A stretch of 64,000 nucleotides of DNA, from assembly GCA_015494465.1 (NCBI GenBank), contig WGBD01000008.1, forward strand, positions 3,485 to 67,484, given 5' to 3'. The position numbers and the translations under genes are program-made. The notes under the pieces are model-generated. The model saw nothing but the letters and a program-made list of their open reading frames with translations, did not search any database and was not told the DNA's origin. Below, in pieces: positions 29,409-38,844 of this stretch; position 1 is the first letter of the stretch; each line of letters opens with the position of its first letter. The stretch is from Candidatus Omnitrophota bacterium. GTDB taxonomy: Bacteria > Omnitrophota > Gorgyraeia > S143-82.

Positions 29409-30533
29409 CATCTTCTCGGCTCCCTTTAACTCAATCGAAGGGAATTCCCTCTGGTCTAAGTTCTTTAACTTTTCCATAAATCCTATTATCCTTGGCAGAA
29501 GTTCCTCCTCCTTGACAAAGATGAACACATTTGGGGCGGTATGGGTCAAAAACTCTGCCCGCACCCTCTGTTCGTTCAGACCAGGATAGGCATCGGTCCC
29601 CTCGAAAGGAACGAATACAGCAGGTACTCGATGCTTTATAATCTTCACAGCAGTGTTGTAAGAGGAAGTACAAATCGCCACTTTGGCCTTCCCTAAAAGC
29701 CCATCTATATCCCGAGCGTAAGGTATTACAACCACATTATCCGGGGCTTTTATATCACCCACATCCATCCTACTCGCAGGCCCTAACACAACTACAAACT
29801 TCTCTTGAGGCAACACCCTTGCTACCCCTATCGTGGCCCTCACGAGGCGGTCCATCACTATGCCCGATCCTCTCAACAGTAGGACATAGTCTTGACACGC
29901 AATATCCGTACGCCCACCTTGCTTGAAGGGCAAAGGCTCAGCGTCGATGTACCCAGTTAGGGAATACTTGCCGACGAACTCCTTTAGGAGAGTTCCCAAC
30001 AGAGGATTCTTCCTCATCCAAAACCTCAATTCCTCCTTCGAACAATGGAAAAACACATGGTCGACTACATCCATCCCCTTTTTTACTCTCTCCAGGTGCC
30101 TGTAATTCAGGATGGGGTAGCCCACACTGGAAAACACCTTAATCCCTCTTTTCCTAAGGGCCTTTGCCAATGCCATCATCTCTTTGAATATCTGGAATCT
30201 GCCGAAAGGGAAATACTCGAGGATGACGAAAGCATCGTCTTTAACGCGATCGAACAACCACCTGACCCTGCTGAGATCCACCAACTCCTTAGAGTAGGAA
30301 GGATCAAAAAAGGTCCTTTCTCCAAACACGGGGTAAGGCGAGAATAAAATAGGAAGATTAAGTGCGGTATAATCCAGGTACTCCTGAGCGGGAGATAAAC
30401 TAACTATCCTCAACCCTGCCCTGCTCGCGATAGCAAAAACCCTGGATGTATGGCCAAGACAGCCATAATGAGAAAAGACTATACTACCTTGACGGGCGCC
30501 TTTCAGATTGAGACGACTTTTATTCTCCCACAT
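29382..30533 (-). CDS. GT-B glycosyltransferase (COG4671/GT28 C-terminal-like)
   Basis: LGHTSR, EYFPFGR, RGSG, SSYNT, EQRVRA; paralog of 34597-35763. Confidence 0.8.
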   Translation of the reverse strand: MWENKSRLNLKGARQGSIVFSHYGCLGHTSRVFAIASRAGLRIVSLSPAQEYLDYTALNLPILFSPYPVFGERTFFDPSYSKELVDLSRVRWLFDRVKDDAFVILEYFPFGRFQIFKEMMALAKALRKRGIKVFSSVGYPILNYRHLERVKKGMDVVDHVFFHCSKEELRFWMRKNPLLGTLLKEFVGKYSLTGYIDAEPLPFKQGGRTDIACQDYVLLLRGSGIVMDRLVRATIGVARVLPQEKFVVVLGPASRMDVGDIKAPDNVVVIPYARDIDGLLGKAKVAICTSSYNTAVKIIKHRVPAVFVPFEGTDAYPGLNEQRVRAEFLTHTAPNVFIFVKEEELLPRIIGFMEKLKNLDQREFPSIELKGAEKMLSLILEKL

Positions 30534-30536
30534 AGA

Positions 30537-31481
30537 TCATACAAAATTCCACCACTGCAAATAGCCGTGATAGGCCAGACACTTGGGGCAATCTCCCGCG
30601 TTAGCCCTTTTTATGACCGAAAAAAGTTTGTCTTCGTCTATTCCCGACACTATGTTTCCAACCGGCTCCATGTACAAACAAGGGAAGATGCTCCCATCGA
30701 CGGTGACGAAGAAACTGCAGGCGGGAGTGCGACAGGTAGTTATGAAGTCCATGTTCTCAGATTCCAGATAGCTGATAATGGGCTCCAGATAGGTAGAATA
30801 GATGAGATAATCAGATTCGCCGTACAAGTCCCTGTATTCCTTAGCTATTTCTTTCAAACTAGATCTGATCAGCCCAAAATCAGGCAGGAGTTCCTTTATG
30901 TCTATTGAATAGTTCCTGTGGTAATAGGAAGGCACCCTCTCAACCACCTTGAAGTACACTGGAATTTTCAGAGCTTTTCCAAGTTGCCAAACCCTGTGTA
31001 TCTGATGTTGATTAATTGAGGTGATCACCATCTTTAGGCTTAATGACATCCCCGGAGCCACCCTCCTCACAAACCTCACATTGTCTATCAGACTGCGGAA
31101 GGCACCATTATAACCGCGTTGCACATCGTGATACTTGCCTATACCATCTAGACTAAAGGTCATTTCCAGCCACCTAGCGTAGGGAGCAAACTTCACGACT
31201 AACTCTCGTATCTCCGGGCAAGTCCCATTCGAGGATATGTGTATACCCGTTATCTCATTCCTGAGCGCCCTTTTGAGGCAGTATTTGAGCAACCTGTAAA
31301 GATCTTCGTAAAGGAAAGGTTCACCACCCGTTATGGAAATGGAAAAGTTTTCGTACTTATCGAGAAAGGAGGTTATTCGACCGTAATCGATAGATGCAGG
31401 ACTCCTCCACAAAGAACACATCTTACACCTTAAATTGCATCTACTAGTTACCTCAAGCGTTATGTTAGAAACAGATCCCAT
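30537..31481 (-). CDS. Radical SAM protein with SPASM/twitch domain
   Basis: CNLRCKMC, TGGEP, SLDG, C-terminal CRTPAC..DGSIFPC...CPKC. Confidence 0.88.
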   Translation of the reverse strand: MGSVSNITLEVTSRCNLRCKMCSLWRSPASIDYGRITSFLDKYENFSISITGGEPFLYEDLYRLLKYCLKRALRNEITGIHISSNGTCPEIRELVVKFAPYARWLEMTFSLDGIGKYHDVQRGYNGAFRSLIDNVRFVRRVAPGMSLSLKMVITSINQHQIHRVWQLGKALKIPVYFKVVERVPSYYHRNYSIDIKELLPDFGLIRSSLKEIAKEYRDLYGESDYLIYSTYLEPIISYLESENMDFITTCRTPACSFFVTVDGSIFPCLYMEPVGNIVSGIDEDKLFSVIKRANAGDCPKCLAYHGYLQWWNFV

Positions 31482-31488
31482 ATCTCGA

Positions 31489-32439
31489 TTACACCAGAAA
31501 TTCCTCTAAATCCAGATCGACTGCGGTTATGAACTCCACATCTGAAATCCTCTCGGGAAAACTCATAACCCTGGAAGCCTTGCTTACGATAAAACCGTTA
31601 GCTATAAAAAGATCGACATAGGGTGCAGAGACGAGTACGCTAATCTTGTCAACTTTGGGATAGAATATCCCAATACCATCCAACAAGACAGACAGAGTCC
31701 AATCCGTTATCTCACCTGCAAAGTGCCAATCGATCAAATAAGCCGTGTCGTGGGAGTAACAGTCCTGCCTGATCAACAGACTCCCTATGTGTTTGTGGTC
31801 ATAAAAAACCTTAACGGCCCTATAGAAATCCCTAACTGGTTCCCTGTTAATCCTCTTCTCCCAAATACCACGCGACTTGTAAAAACGCCTAGGAGCAAAT
31901 GCGAGAAGCGAATCTACATATTCGCCAATGCCTATCTCCGTAACATCTATACGCCGATCCCGGGATCCTCTCGAGATCTTACCGTCTAATACATATACCC
32001 TACTGCACTCCTTCCAATTCATCTTGAAGTAAATCCTTTCCATATTATAATTGGGAACCGTGAGAAAGACATACTTCTTTGAAAGCAAATCCAAGTCCCT
32101 TCTGTATTCTAATAATCCTTTGGTTGCCATAACCTTGGCATTGTCCTTCTCTCCTTTGGTCCGAATGAAGTCAACACACCAGGCCAACTTTTTCTGCCCA
32201 CAAAGTTCGTTGGACAACAGAACAGCGCCAAATACTACGCACCCTGCTTCATCCCAATACAGATAAGTCTTGGTCTTATCCCCAAGGGAATACTTCCACT
32301 TGGCAACATCGACGAACTCTTTAGAACAGATAAAGTTTCGGGAAATAACTTCTTCTTGCTCCTGTAGATAAATTAGGCGGGACCAGTCGAGATCAAGGTT
32401 CTCCCTAAAACCTATAGAGGCCTCTTCACTCCAAAACAT
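31489..32439 (-). CDS. Hypothetical protein, probable tandem GNAT acyltransferase fold
   Basis: WKY, AWCVDFI, VPN...YFKMNW and AYLIDW patterns resemble tandem GNAT proteins of glycan loci; weak recognition. Confidence 0.4.
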   Translation of the reverse strand: MFWSEEASIGFRENLDLDWSRLIYLQEQEEVISRNFICSKEFVDVAKWKYSLGDKTKTYLYWDEAGCVVFGAVLLSNELCGQKKLAWCVDFIRTKGEKDNAKVMATKGLLEYRRDLDLLSKKYVFLTVPNYNMERIYFKMNWKECSRVYVLDGKISRGSRDRRIDVTEIGIGEYVDSLLAFAPRRFYKSRGIWEKRINREPVRDFYRAVKVFYDHKHIGSLLIRQDCYSHDTAYLIDWHFAGEITDWTLSVLLDGIGIFYPKVDKISVLVSAPYVDLFIANGFIVSKASRVMSFPERISDVEFITAVDLDLEEFLV

Positions 32440-32448
32440 AGCCCCTTT

Positions 32449-33555
32449 CTAATCCCCTTCCACGGAAGCTAGGGTTTCCACGACATACTTTATCTCATCT
32501 TCTTTGATAAAAGAAAAGAGCGGTAGATGGACGATCCTTTTACGATAGACTTCGGAATGTTCGCACTTGCCAAGAGAATACCTTGCAAATACCTTCCTCT
32601 CGTGTAAGGGCACATAGGGCCTGAGGGCATATACCCCCTTCGCTTCCAGTTTCGACAAAACATCATCGGAATCCGACACGAATACCGGGAAATTCTGCAA
32701 CACGACGAATTCCTCTTCGCGTTCTTTTAAGTAATCGATGTGGTAGTCGTCGCACAACTTCTCATACAGTCTTTTAGCGCTCCTACGGGATTTTATTATG
32801 TGGTTTATGTACCTGAACTTCACATTAATCGATACATAGTCCATCAAGTACATGGATGCAAATCTCTTGTTAAGACCTGTCAATCCGTAGTCGTCTCTCC
32901 AGATCTGGGTATAATCTCTTATCCTATTAAACCTCTCGTCGTCAAAGCAGATCATCCCACCTCCACCCCCGCAAGAAGAAATGGGCTTATAGTAGGAAAA
33001 GGAAAAACACGCGATGTCGAAAAAGGAACCCAAGTAGCGGTCTTTATACTTAGAACTCTCGGCCTGGCACACATCTTCTATAATAGCTACACCATACTTC
33101 TCCTTTATTCGCCTTATGCCTTCAATATCTGCCGGGAAGCCGAACATGTGAGGCACGATAATGGCCTTTATAGTTTCCCCATACTCATTGACTGCCTTTT
33201 CTATTTCTTGGAGGGATATAGAAAATCTCTCCGGCTCTACATCGACGATCACGGGCTCCGCTCCGGAATACAACACTGCGTAGCCTACTGCGGAATATGT
33301 GACGGAAGGCACGATGACCCTATCTCCCTTTCCTATACCTAGGGCGTAAAGGGACAGTTGAAGGGCATCGGTCCCGGAGTTTACCGCCACTGCAAACTTC
33401 CTTCCGATGTAACCCGCAAACCTTGCTTCGAACTCTTTTAACAATGTTTCTATGTCCGATAAACCATTCACACATGACAAAACTCGAGATAATTCCTCAG
33501 CATACTTAGATGCCAGAGACTTGTCCACCCTCATGGATTCATACCTAACCTTCAT
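32449..33555 (-). CDS. DegT/DnrJ/EryC1/StrS PLP-dependent sugar aminotransferase
   Basis: AVNSGTDAL, VPHMFG, IIEDVCQA, FSFSYYK (PLP Lys), LPL; ATG 33555 overlaps the upstream stop (ORF track 33642). Confidence 0.9.
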   Translation of the reverse strand: MKVRYESMRVDKSLASKYAEELSRVLSCVNGLSDIETLLKEFEARFAGYIGRKFAVAVNSGTDALQLSLYALGIGKGDRVIVPSVTYSAVGYAVLYSGAEPVIVDVEPERFSISLQEIEKAVNEYGETIKAIIVPHMFGFPADIEGIRRIKEKYGVAIIEDVCQAESSKYKDRYLGSFFDIACFSFSYYKPISSCGGGGGMICFDDERFNRIRDYTQIWRDDYGLTGLNKRFASMYLMDYVSINVKFRYINHIIKSRRSAKRLYEKLCDDYHIDYLKEREEEFVVLQNFPVFVSDSDDVLSKLEAKGVYALRPYVPLHERKVFARYSLGKCEHSEVYRKRIVHLPLFSFIKEDEIKYVVETLASVEGD

Positions 33556-34607
33556 ATATTCCCCTTCCGGAGCTCTAACCCGGGGATCTTCCTCTCGATC
33601 TTCACGATCTGCTCGGTCAGATGCCGATAGGCCTGAAACCAATTATTGTGATCTCGATCCATATACCTTATAGCCAACCCAGCATTGAAATTACTAAACT
33701 CCCTGTAGGACGCAGTGGGATTCTTCTTGAAAAAGTCCAATAACTTCCTTAAGTAGTCTATCACCACCCGTTGATTGATGACAATTCCATCGTCTTTTAT
33801 GTGGAAGAGAGTAAATTTATCCCGAATATTCTCTGGGAACGACAACAAGGTCCAATTGGGGAGGACTTTCCCATTAGGCTGAATCACCAGATCCATCCCA
33901 TATCCCATAGAAAGAGAATACATTTTTCCTATGAAGCCCTCTCCTCTGATACGCCTATATCTAGTCTTAAGCTCCCATGTCAACAAACGCTTGTAGCGTT
34001 CCAGAAATTTTCGCGCGCTCTCACTATCCCACGGAGCCAAAAAGGCCGGGTGCACTTCTATGTCGTAAAAGCCCAACCTTATCAATTCGAAAAAATTATC
34101 TTCCATAAAATCAACCTCATCTGGATGCACGGTCATCGTGGGATTTATGTCAACACCGCGATTGATGAGCTCGGCGACATTCCTTACATATACATCATAG
34201 GTAGCACCCGTTATCCCTAGCCGATGTCTTTGGTTTGAAGGCAATTCCCCGTCCAAGCCTGGCTCCACGGATATCCTGTTCTCCAAAACAAACCTAATGT
34301 GATCCTCCTGCCAATAGTACATGTTACTCTGAATGCTACAATCCCTATACGGAAATAACCCAAACACTCTATTGAATATGTACTTAACCTTATCCCAGAC
34401 GATTAAGGGCTCTCCTCCGGAGACAACGACATTGTGCCTTTTCATTCTCGGTAGTGCGGACAACAAAGTATCTATCTGGGCATAACTTAATTCCGTGGAA
34501 TTGGTCCTATACCTGAAGAAACAATAATCGCAATTCAGATTGCATTTATCCGTGACGAAAATCCAGAGATTTTTAAGAGGGACTTCTGCAAGTATCTTAG
34601 TTACCAT
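33552..34607 (-). CDS. Radical SAM protein without recognisable auxiliary-cluster cysteines
   Basis: CNLNCDYC, SGGEPL, GLDG; IQPNGKVLPNW where SPASM proteins have G.V.PC. Confidence 0.85.
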   Translation of the reverse strand: MVTKILAEVPLKNLWIFVTDKCNLNCDYCFFRYRTNSTELSYAQIDTLLSALPRMKRHNVVVSGGEPLIVWDKVKYIFNRVFGLFPYRDCSIQSNMYYWQEDHIRFVLENRISVEPGLDGELPSNQRHRLGITGATYDVYVRNVAELINRGVDINPTMTVHPDEVDFMEDNFFELIRLGFYDIEVHPAFLAPWDSESARKFLERYKRLLTWELKTRYRRIRGEGFIGKMYSLSMGYGMDLVIQPNGKVLPNWTLLSFPENIRDKFTLFHIKDDGIVINQRVVIDYLRKLLDFFKKNPTASYREFSNFNAGLAIRYMDRDHNNWFQAYRHLTEQIVKIERKIPGLELRKGNI

Positions 34608-35763
34608 CAGTTACATCATTTAGTATTTCCCTTAAAAACACGGACTCTCCCTTAAAGTCCTCTTCTCTCAAGCAATGCGTTGGGGTTTCATCGCCCAACT
34701 CCCTTATCCATCCCGCTACCGTATTAACGGGCATCCTAGGACCTTCTATGACTCGAGCCGGAATAAACCTGCCTACGACAGAGGCCCTTGCTAATTGTTC
34801 CACGGCATCTAACGGGTATATAACGGTAGGCTTACGCCAATAAATCAATTTGGTGATAGTGTTATAGCCCGCCATGTTAATACTTAGTCTACACTTGCTT
34901 AACAAAAAGTTAAACTTCTCAAGCGGAAGAGATTCGTAAATCGTAACATTATCCGGTGCAACTTTGCGGACCTCCTCTACGAGATCATCCCTAGAAGAAG
35001 GCCCCAACACGAGAACGAACCTATCGTTTGGCATCCTCTTCGCCAAGACGATGGCCAAGGATATGATCCTATCGTTTATCACACCACCTCCCCGTGAAAC
35101 CATAACAAAATCCTTAGGGATGTCGAGAGGGGAAGTCTTTGTGTCTATGACGAAACCGGTGTACACGATCCTATCGCGATACCTATCCAGAATAGCCAAG
35201 AGGTCCTGCACCCCTCTAGAGATCTCGGCCATTTCCCGTAGATAGAGCCTTAAAAAGTCCTCCGTACTATGTATGAAAATTTTATCGTAGTACCTGCCTA
35301 TTATAGCATCTGCGCCTCTTACATGGCTCACATATCCACAAGAGCAATATATCCTCCTCACCTTAGGGCGTATCGCCTCCAGCACCGTGTAAAGCTCCTC
35401 CGTCCAAAAGGCGTCACCCAAGGGGAAGTATTCGGTAATGAAGACATCCGGAGAAAAGCTCTCTATCTCGGAGAGGATAACCGATATCCTCTCGCTCATG
35501 GCCTTCCTACCCCAAGGGCTGGACAAAACTTTAGAATGAAGGGGATCAAACCTGTCCACAAACATACCTTTTTTTGCGTACGAATGCGGTAATAAGATCA
35601 CTTTCCCCAATCTGCCAAAATCCAACAACCGCTGTCTCTTACCTCCTTGAAGGATCAGCAATTCGACATCCAAATTGGCCTTTAGGTAGGATAGTAAATT
35701 ATAGGTTCTCAGACTGTGGCCGAAGCTATTATAATGATTGTAATACAAACATATCTTAATCAT
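34597..35763 (-). CDS. GT-B glycosyltransferase (COG4671/GT28 C-terminal-like)
   Basis: FGHSLR, PDVFITEYFPLG, YTGFV, SRGGG, SINMAGYNT, EQLARA. Confidence 0.82.
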   Translation of the reverse strand: MIKICLYYNHYNSFGHSLRTYNLLSYLKANLDVELLILQGGKRQRLLDFGRLGKVILLPHSYAKKGMFVDRFDPLHSKVLSSPWGRKAMSERISVILSEIESFSPDVFITEYFPLGDAFWTEELYTVLEAIRPKVRRIYCSCGYVSHVRGADAIIGRYYDKIFIHSTEDFLRLYLREMAEISRGVQDLLAILDRYRDRIVYTGFVIDTKTSPLDIPKDFVMVSRGGGVINDRIISLAIVLAKRMPNDRFVLVLGPSSRDDLVEEVRKVAPDNVTIYESLPLEKFNFLLSKCRLSINMAGYNTITKLIYWRKPTVIYPLDAVEQLARASVVGRFIPARVIEGPRMPVNTVAGWIRELGDETPTHCLREEDFKGESVFLREILNDVTDGN

Positions 35764-35780
35764 ACAGACCGATCGACATC

Positions 35781-36620
35781 ATGAATATTTACATTATTCT
35801 AAACCTCGCGATTGCCTTGTTCTTCTCTAGAACCGACTTATTATACAAAAGGATACCAAACATTCCCATTGCTATCGTCATTTTAATGGGCACGGGTCTC
35901 AATGCATATCTATTTCCAAACCGCATTCACATGATGATCCTAAATACGCTCCTTGCGACAGCCATAGCCTTCATCCTATTCTGGTTCGACATCTGGAAAG
36001 CAGGTGACGGTAAACTCCTTATTGCATTTACGGCTTTGACACCACCTTTTTTTATCGCCAACATAATTCCCCCACCTATTATCCTGACTTCCTTAGCTTT
36101 TGTACTAGGGCTAGGGGTATCCCTTCCGCCGATGGCCTTCTCTCTTTGGAAGACAGTGAGGAAAGATCCTCCAAAGATAATGGAAATAGCCTCTGATCTG
36201 GCGGAAAAGATAGCGATAGCCATTAGCACGATATGGATCATCCGGATATTTCTAAGGAACACCGTGAAGAACAACATGATCATGTACCTCCTAGCCTATG
36301 CTATAATCTCTAGCCTAAAAACGAATTGGCTTTCTAGACAAAATAAAACCTTGGTCCGAGGGATAACGGTGCTGGGATTGACAGGTCTGCTCGTGGCCTC
36401 CCGCTACCTTAGATACTTCGATGTGAAGTCCTATCTATTGATTACCACGGTCTACATCTCCATCTATTCCGCAATCGACTTGCTTTTAAAACACATTCCT
36501 GAGGAAGCAGCCAAAAAGCGCATACCTCTGGCCCCATTGATGGCCTGTGCTCAGATGCTAATAATATCAGCGCCTCCTCAGACAATGCAGTACATCTTTC
36601 GGATGCTACGGATAATATGA
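35781..36620 (+). CDS. A24-family prepilin peptidase (GxGD aspartic peptidase)
   Basis: TDLLYKRIPN (first Asp), WKAGDGKL (second Asp), multiple transmembrane helices, IPLAP near the C-terminus. Confidence 0.85.
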   Translation: MNIYIILNLAIALFFSRTDLLYKRIPNIPIAIVILMGTGLNAYLFPNRIHMMILNTLLATAIAFILFWFDIWKAGDGKLLIAFTALTPPFFIANIIPPPIILTSLAFVLGLGVSLPPMAFSLWKTVRKDPPKIMEIASDLAEKIAIAISTIWIIRIFLRNTVKNNMIMYLLAYAIISSLKTNWLSRQNKTLVRGITVLGLTGLLVASRYLRYFDVKSYLLITTVYISIYSAIDLLLKHIPEEAAKKRIPLAPLMACAQMLIISAPPQTMQYIFRMLRII

Positions 36621-37819
36621 GAAGATCCCCGCCAATAACATCCATTAAGATAGACAAGATATCTCCCTATCAGTTAAAGAAACTCAAGAACATAATCCAG
36701 AATAGGCACCCCTTTCCACTACTGATATACAATGTCCCTTACTGTCTATTCCCAAAAGTGCCCCACTGGATAGTGGCTGAATACGACGACGGAGACAAAA
36801 CAGAACAGTGTCAACGATGCGCCTGGAACTTACTCTGTCCTGGCTTTCCTTTTGACAGAGTAAGATCTACTACGCCAACCCCCATTGAGGACAAACCAAA
36901 TGAGGTGGTCATAGAGATATGTGGAAAGTGCCAACTATCGTGTGAATTCTGTAGATTTAGCAACAGCTCAACTGTAATAATAGAAACCTCCCAGATCTTT
37001 TCCATAATAGACGAGGCCCATATGATGGGGGTATCAACCATAAGGTTGACCGGGGGAGAACCCCTGCTCCACCCGGAAATCGACATAATCGTAGGCTACA
37101 TCGAAGAAAAGGGTATGAATTGCATCGTAAATACGAACGGATTATCGAGAAGGATCGTTGAACTTGCCAAACGGCATAATAACTTACAAAATGTATTGGT
37201 TTCTATACAATATAAAGACCTGTTCAACAAAAAACTCATCATCCAAAAGTTAAACAATCTAGCCCTACTAAAGGCCCATACAGCTATCGTAAGGATCGGA
37301 ACCGTAATACCACAACGAGTGAACTATCGGCAATTCGTTTTTCGGATGGCAAAGGTCATATACAAATTGCCTGTATTCCTGTGGGAGTTGTACAGGCCAT
37401 TCTCTCCTGAATGTAGACCGATAACGATCGATAGGCAAGGCTGGGAATCCATAACTAAAGGAATAACCGAACTCAAAAAGAGAGGTTTTCCTCACAAACT
37501 GGGGATAGCCAACAGCGTTCCGTTCTGTTACATGGACGAGCTGTCCAAATTATTGCTGGGCAACTTTACCGACGATGGACATACTCGAATAGTCTTCTCA
37601 GCACAGTACGAAGAATTTATCCCGTCCTACTTCTCCAACTTACTACTTGGCAAGTCCCTGATGAAAGCGTGGGACAACCCTGTCCTTCGAGCAAGGAGAA
37701 ACCTGGGGTGTTTGCCCAAACAATGCGACAGCTGTACATTAAGAAATATCTGCAGAGGAGGGTCTTACTCTATGTGGCCCCAGGAAGACCCAATGATACC
37801 TAAAAATACCTCTTTTTAA
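36617..37819 (+). CDS. Radical SAM/SPASM protein with an extra N-terminal Cys-rich domain
   Basis: N-terminal IYNVPYC...CQRCAWNLLCPGF; core CQLSCEFC, LTGGEPLLH, NTNG; C-terminal VPFC...CDSCTLRNICRGG. Confidence 0.85.
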   Translation: MRRSPPITSIKIDKISPYQLKKLKNIIQNRHPFPLLIYNVPYCLFPKVPHWIVAEYDDGDKTEQCQRCAWNLLCPGFPFDRVRSTTPTPIEDKPNEVVIEICGKCQLSCEFCRFSNSSTVIIETSQIFSIIDEAHMMGVSTIRLTGGEPLLHPEIDIIVGYIEEKGMNCIVNTNGLSRRIVELAKRHNNLQNVLVSIQYKDLFNKKLIIQKLNNLALLKAHTAIVRIGTVIPQRVNYRQFVFRMAKVIYKLPVFLWELYRPFSPECRPITIDRQGWESITKGITELKKRGFPHKLGIANSVPFCYMDELSKLLLGNFTDDGHTRIVFSAQYEEFIPSYFSNLLLGKSLMKAWDNPVLRARRNLGCLPKQCDSCTLRNICRGGSYSMWPQEDPMIPKNTSF

Positions 37820-38489
37820 ACTCGAGATAATCTCTATACCCAAAGGTGGTTACGGCGGAATAAAAGTAGCTTAATCCAGAAAGTTCCTTGGCCTTGCCTC
37901 TTCCCGATAACACCTTGCCCAACAATCGAAAGGCCTTTTCCATGTATTCCTTGGCCTTACAACCGCAGTAATCCAAGGTCAAGAATTGGAGGATGTACAC
38001 CGCAAGCAAGTCCCTCTCTGTATACGGCAATAACCCTTCTACCCCACTTTTGTAATATTGATACAAGTAGAAAAACAATTTCAGATCTTCCTCTGTAGCT
38101 ACTCGATCTTCCATAAGCTCGTCTTCGATGAGGTAAGAAAAGGACATAAATTTTTCCAAGTCGTTCCCGGTCAAAGCATCGCACAAGGACCTAAATTCGC
38201 GATTAGTGAGACCACCGCAGGCATCAGAAGAGACCGCCTGGATAAAACTAACCATATCAGAAGGAATCTCGTCATAATAGGCAAGGATAAAACCTGCCTT
38301 ACCCAACGCCAAGGCCCGGGGAGCCAGCATCACCTCAACATAGTCAACGACATCTTCCTTTCCAGCATAAGGGACGACTGAATCCTTTACATATGCCAAT
38401 AACTCGTCCAATCTAAGAGGGATATCCGCAGAGAAGGCGTAACCACCAATACCTAGGGTACAGAGCAAGATAACAAGCCACTTCATCAT
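37800..38489 (-). CDS. Exported hypothetical protein
   Basis: MMKWLVILLCTLGIGGYAFSA signal peptide, purine-rich SD, directly downstream of the precursor genes. Confidence 0.6.
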   Translation of the reverse strand: MMKWLVILLCTLGIGGYAFSADIPLRLDELLAYVKDSVVPYAGKEDVVDYVEVMLAPRALALGKAGFILAYYDEIPSDMVSFIQAVSSDACGGLTNREFRSLCDALTGNDLEKFMSFSYLIEDELMEDRVATEEDLKLFFYLYQYYKSGVEGLLPYTERDLLAVYILQFLTLDYCGCKAKEYMEKAFRLLGKVLSGRGKAKELSGLSYFYSAVTTFGYRDYLEFKKRYF

Positions 38490-38499
38490 CCCCTTCCCC

Positions 38500-38835
38500 T
38501 TAGTAACAATGGGCATTGTGCGTGGTCAACCTGTTCTCATTGTGGTGAGATACCTTACAAGAGGCCTGCGTCGGCAACTCGTTCACATGAGACAAGTGAT
38601 AATTACCGTTTATGTGACGCGGGTGCTCTTTGGTTATAAGGCATCCGCTCTTTCCTAGATGCTCCGGGACGGTTCCATTGAAATGGGAAGTGTGACTACA
38701 AGAAGCATACCCTAGCTCGGCGATAGCTGACAAAAACCCCGAACACAAAATCCCGGCCTTTACGATCTCGTCCCGCCTCACAAAACCGGATTCGTCCGCT
38801 AAGAAGTCGTACAACTTACGAGTTATCCTGTTCAT
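38500..38835 (-). CDS. His-rich precursor peptide 1 (HxsA-like), 111 aa
   Basis: Leader YDFLADESG|FVRRD plus hydrophobic stretch; core with HTS, HFN, HIN, HLS, HVN, HHN; SD AAGGAGG. Confidence 0.8.
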   Translation of the reverse strand: MNRITRKLYDFLADESGFVRRDEIVKAGILCSGFLSAIAELGYASCSHTSHFNGTVPEHLGKSGCLITKEHPRHINGNYHLSHVNELPTQASCKVSHHNENRLTTHNAHCY

Positions 38836-38844
38836 ACCCCTCCT

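Noticed and set aside
33556-33642. N-terminal extension of the DegT ORF
   Set aside because: Overlaps the upstream rSAM; ATGA coupling and an SD support ATG 33555
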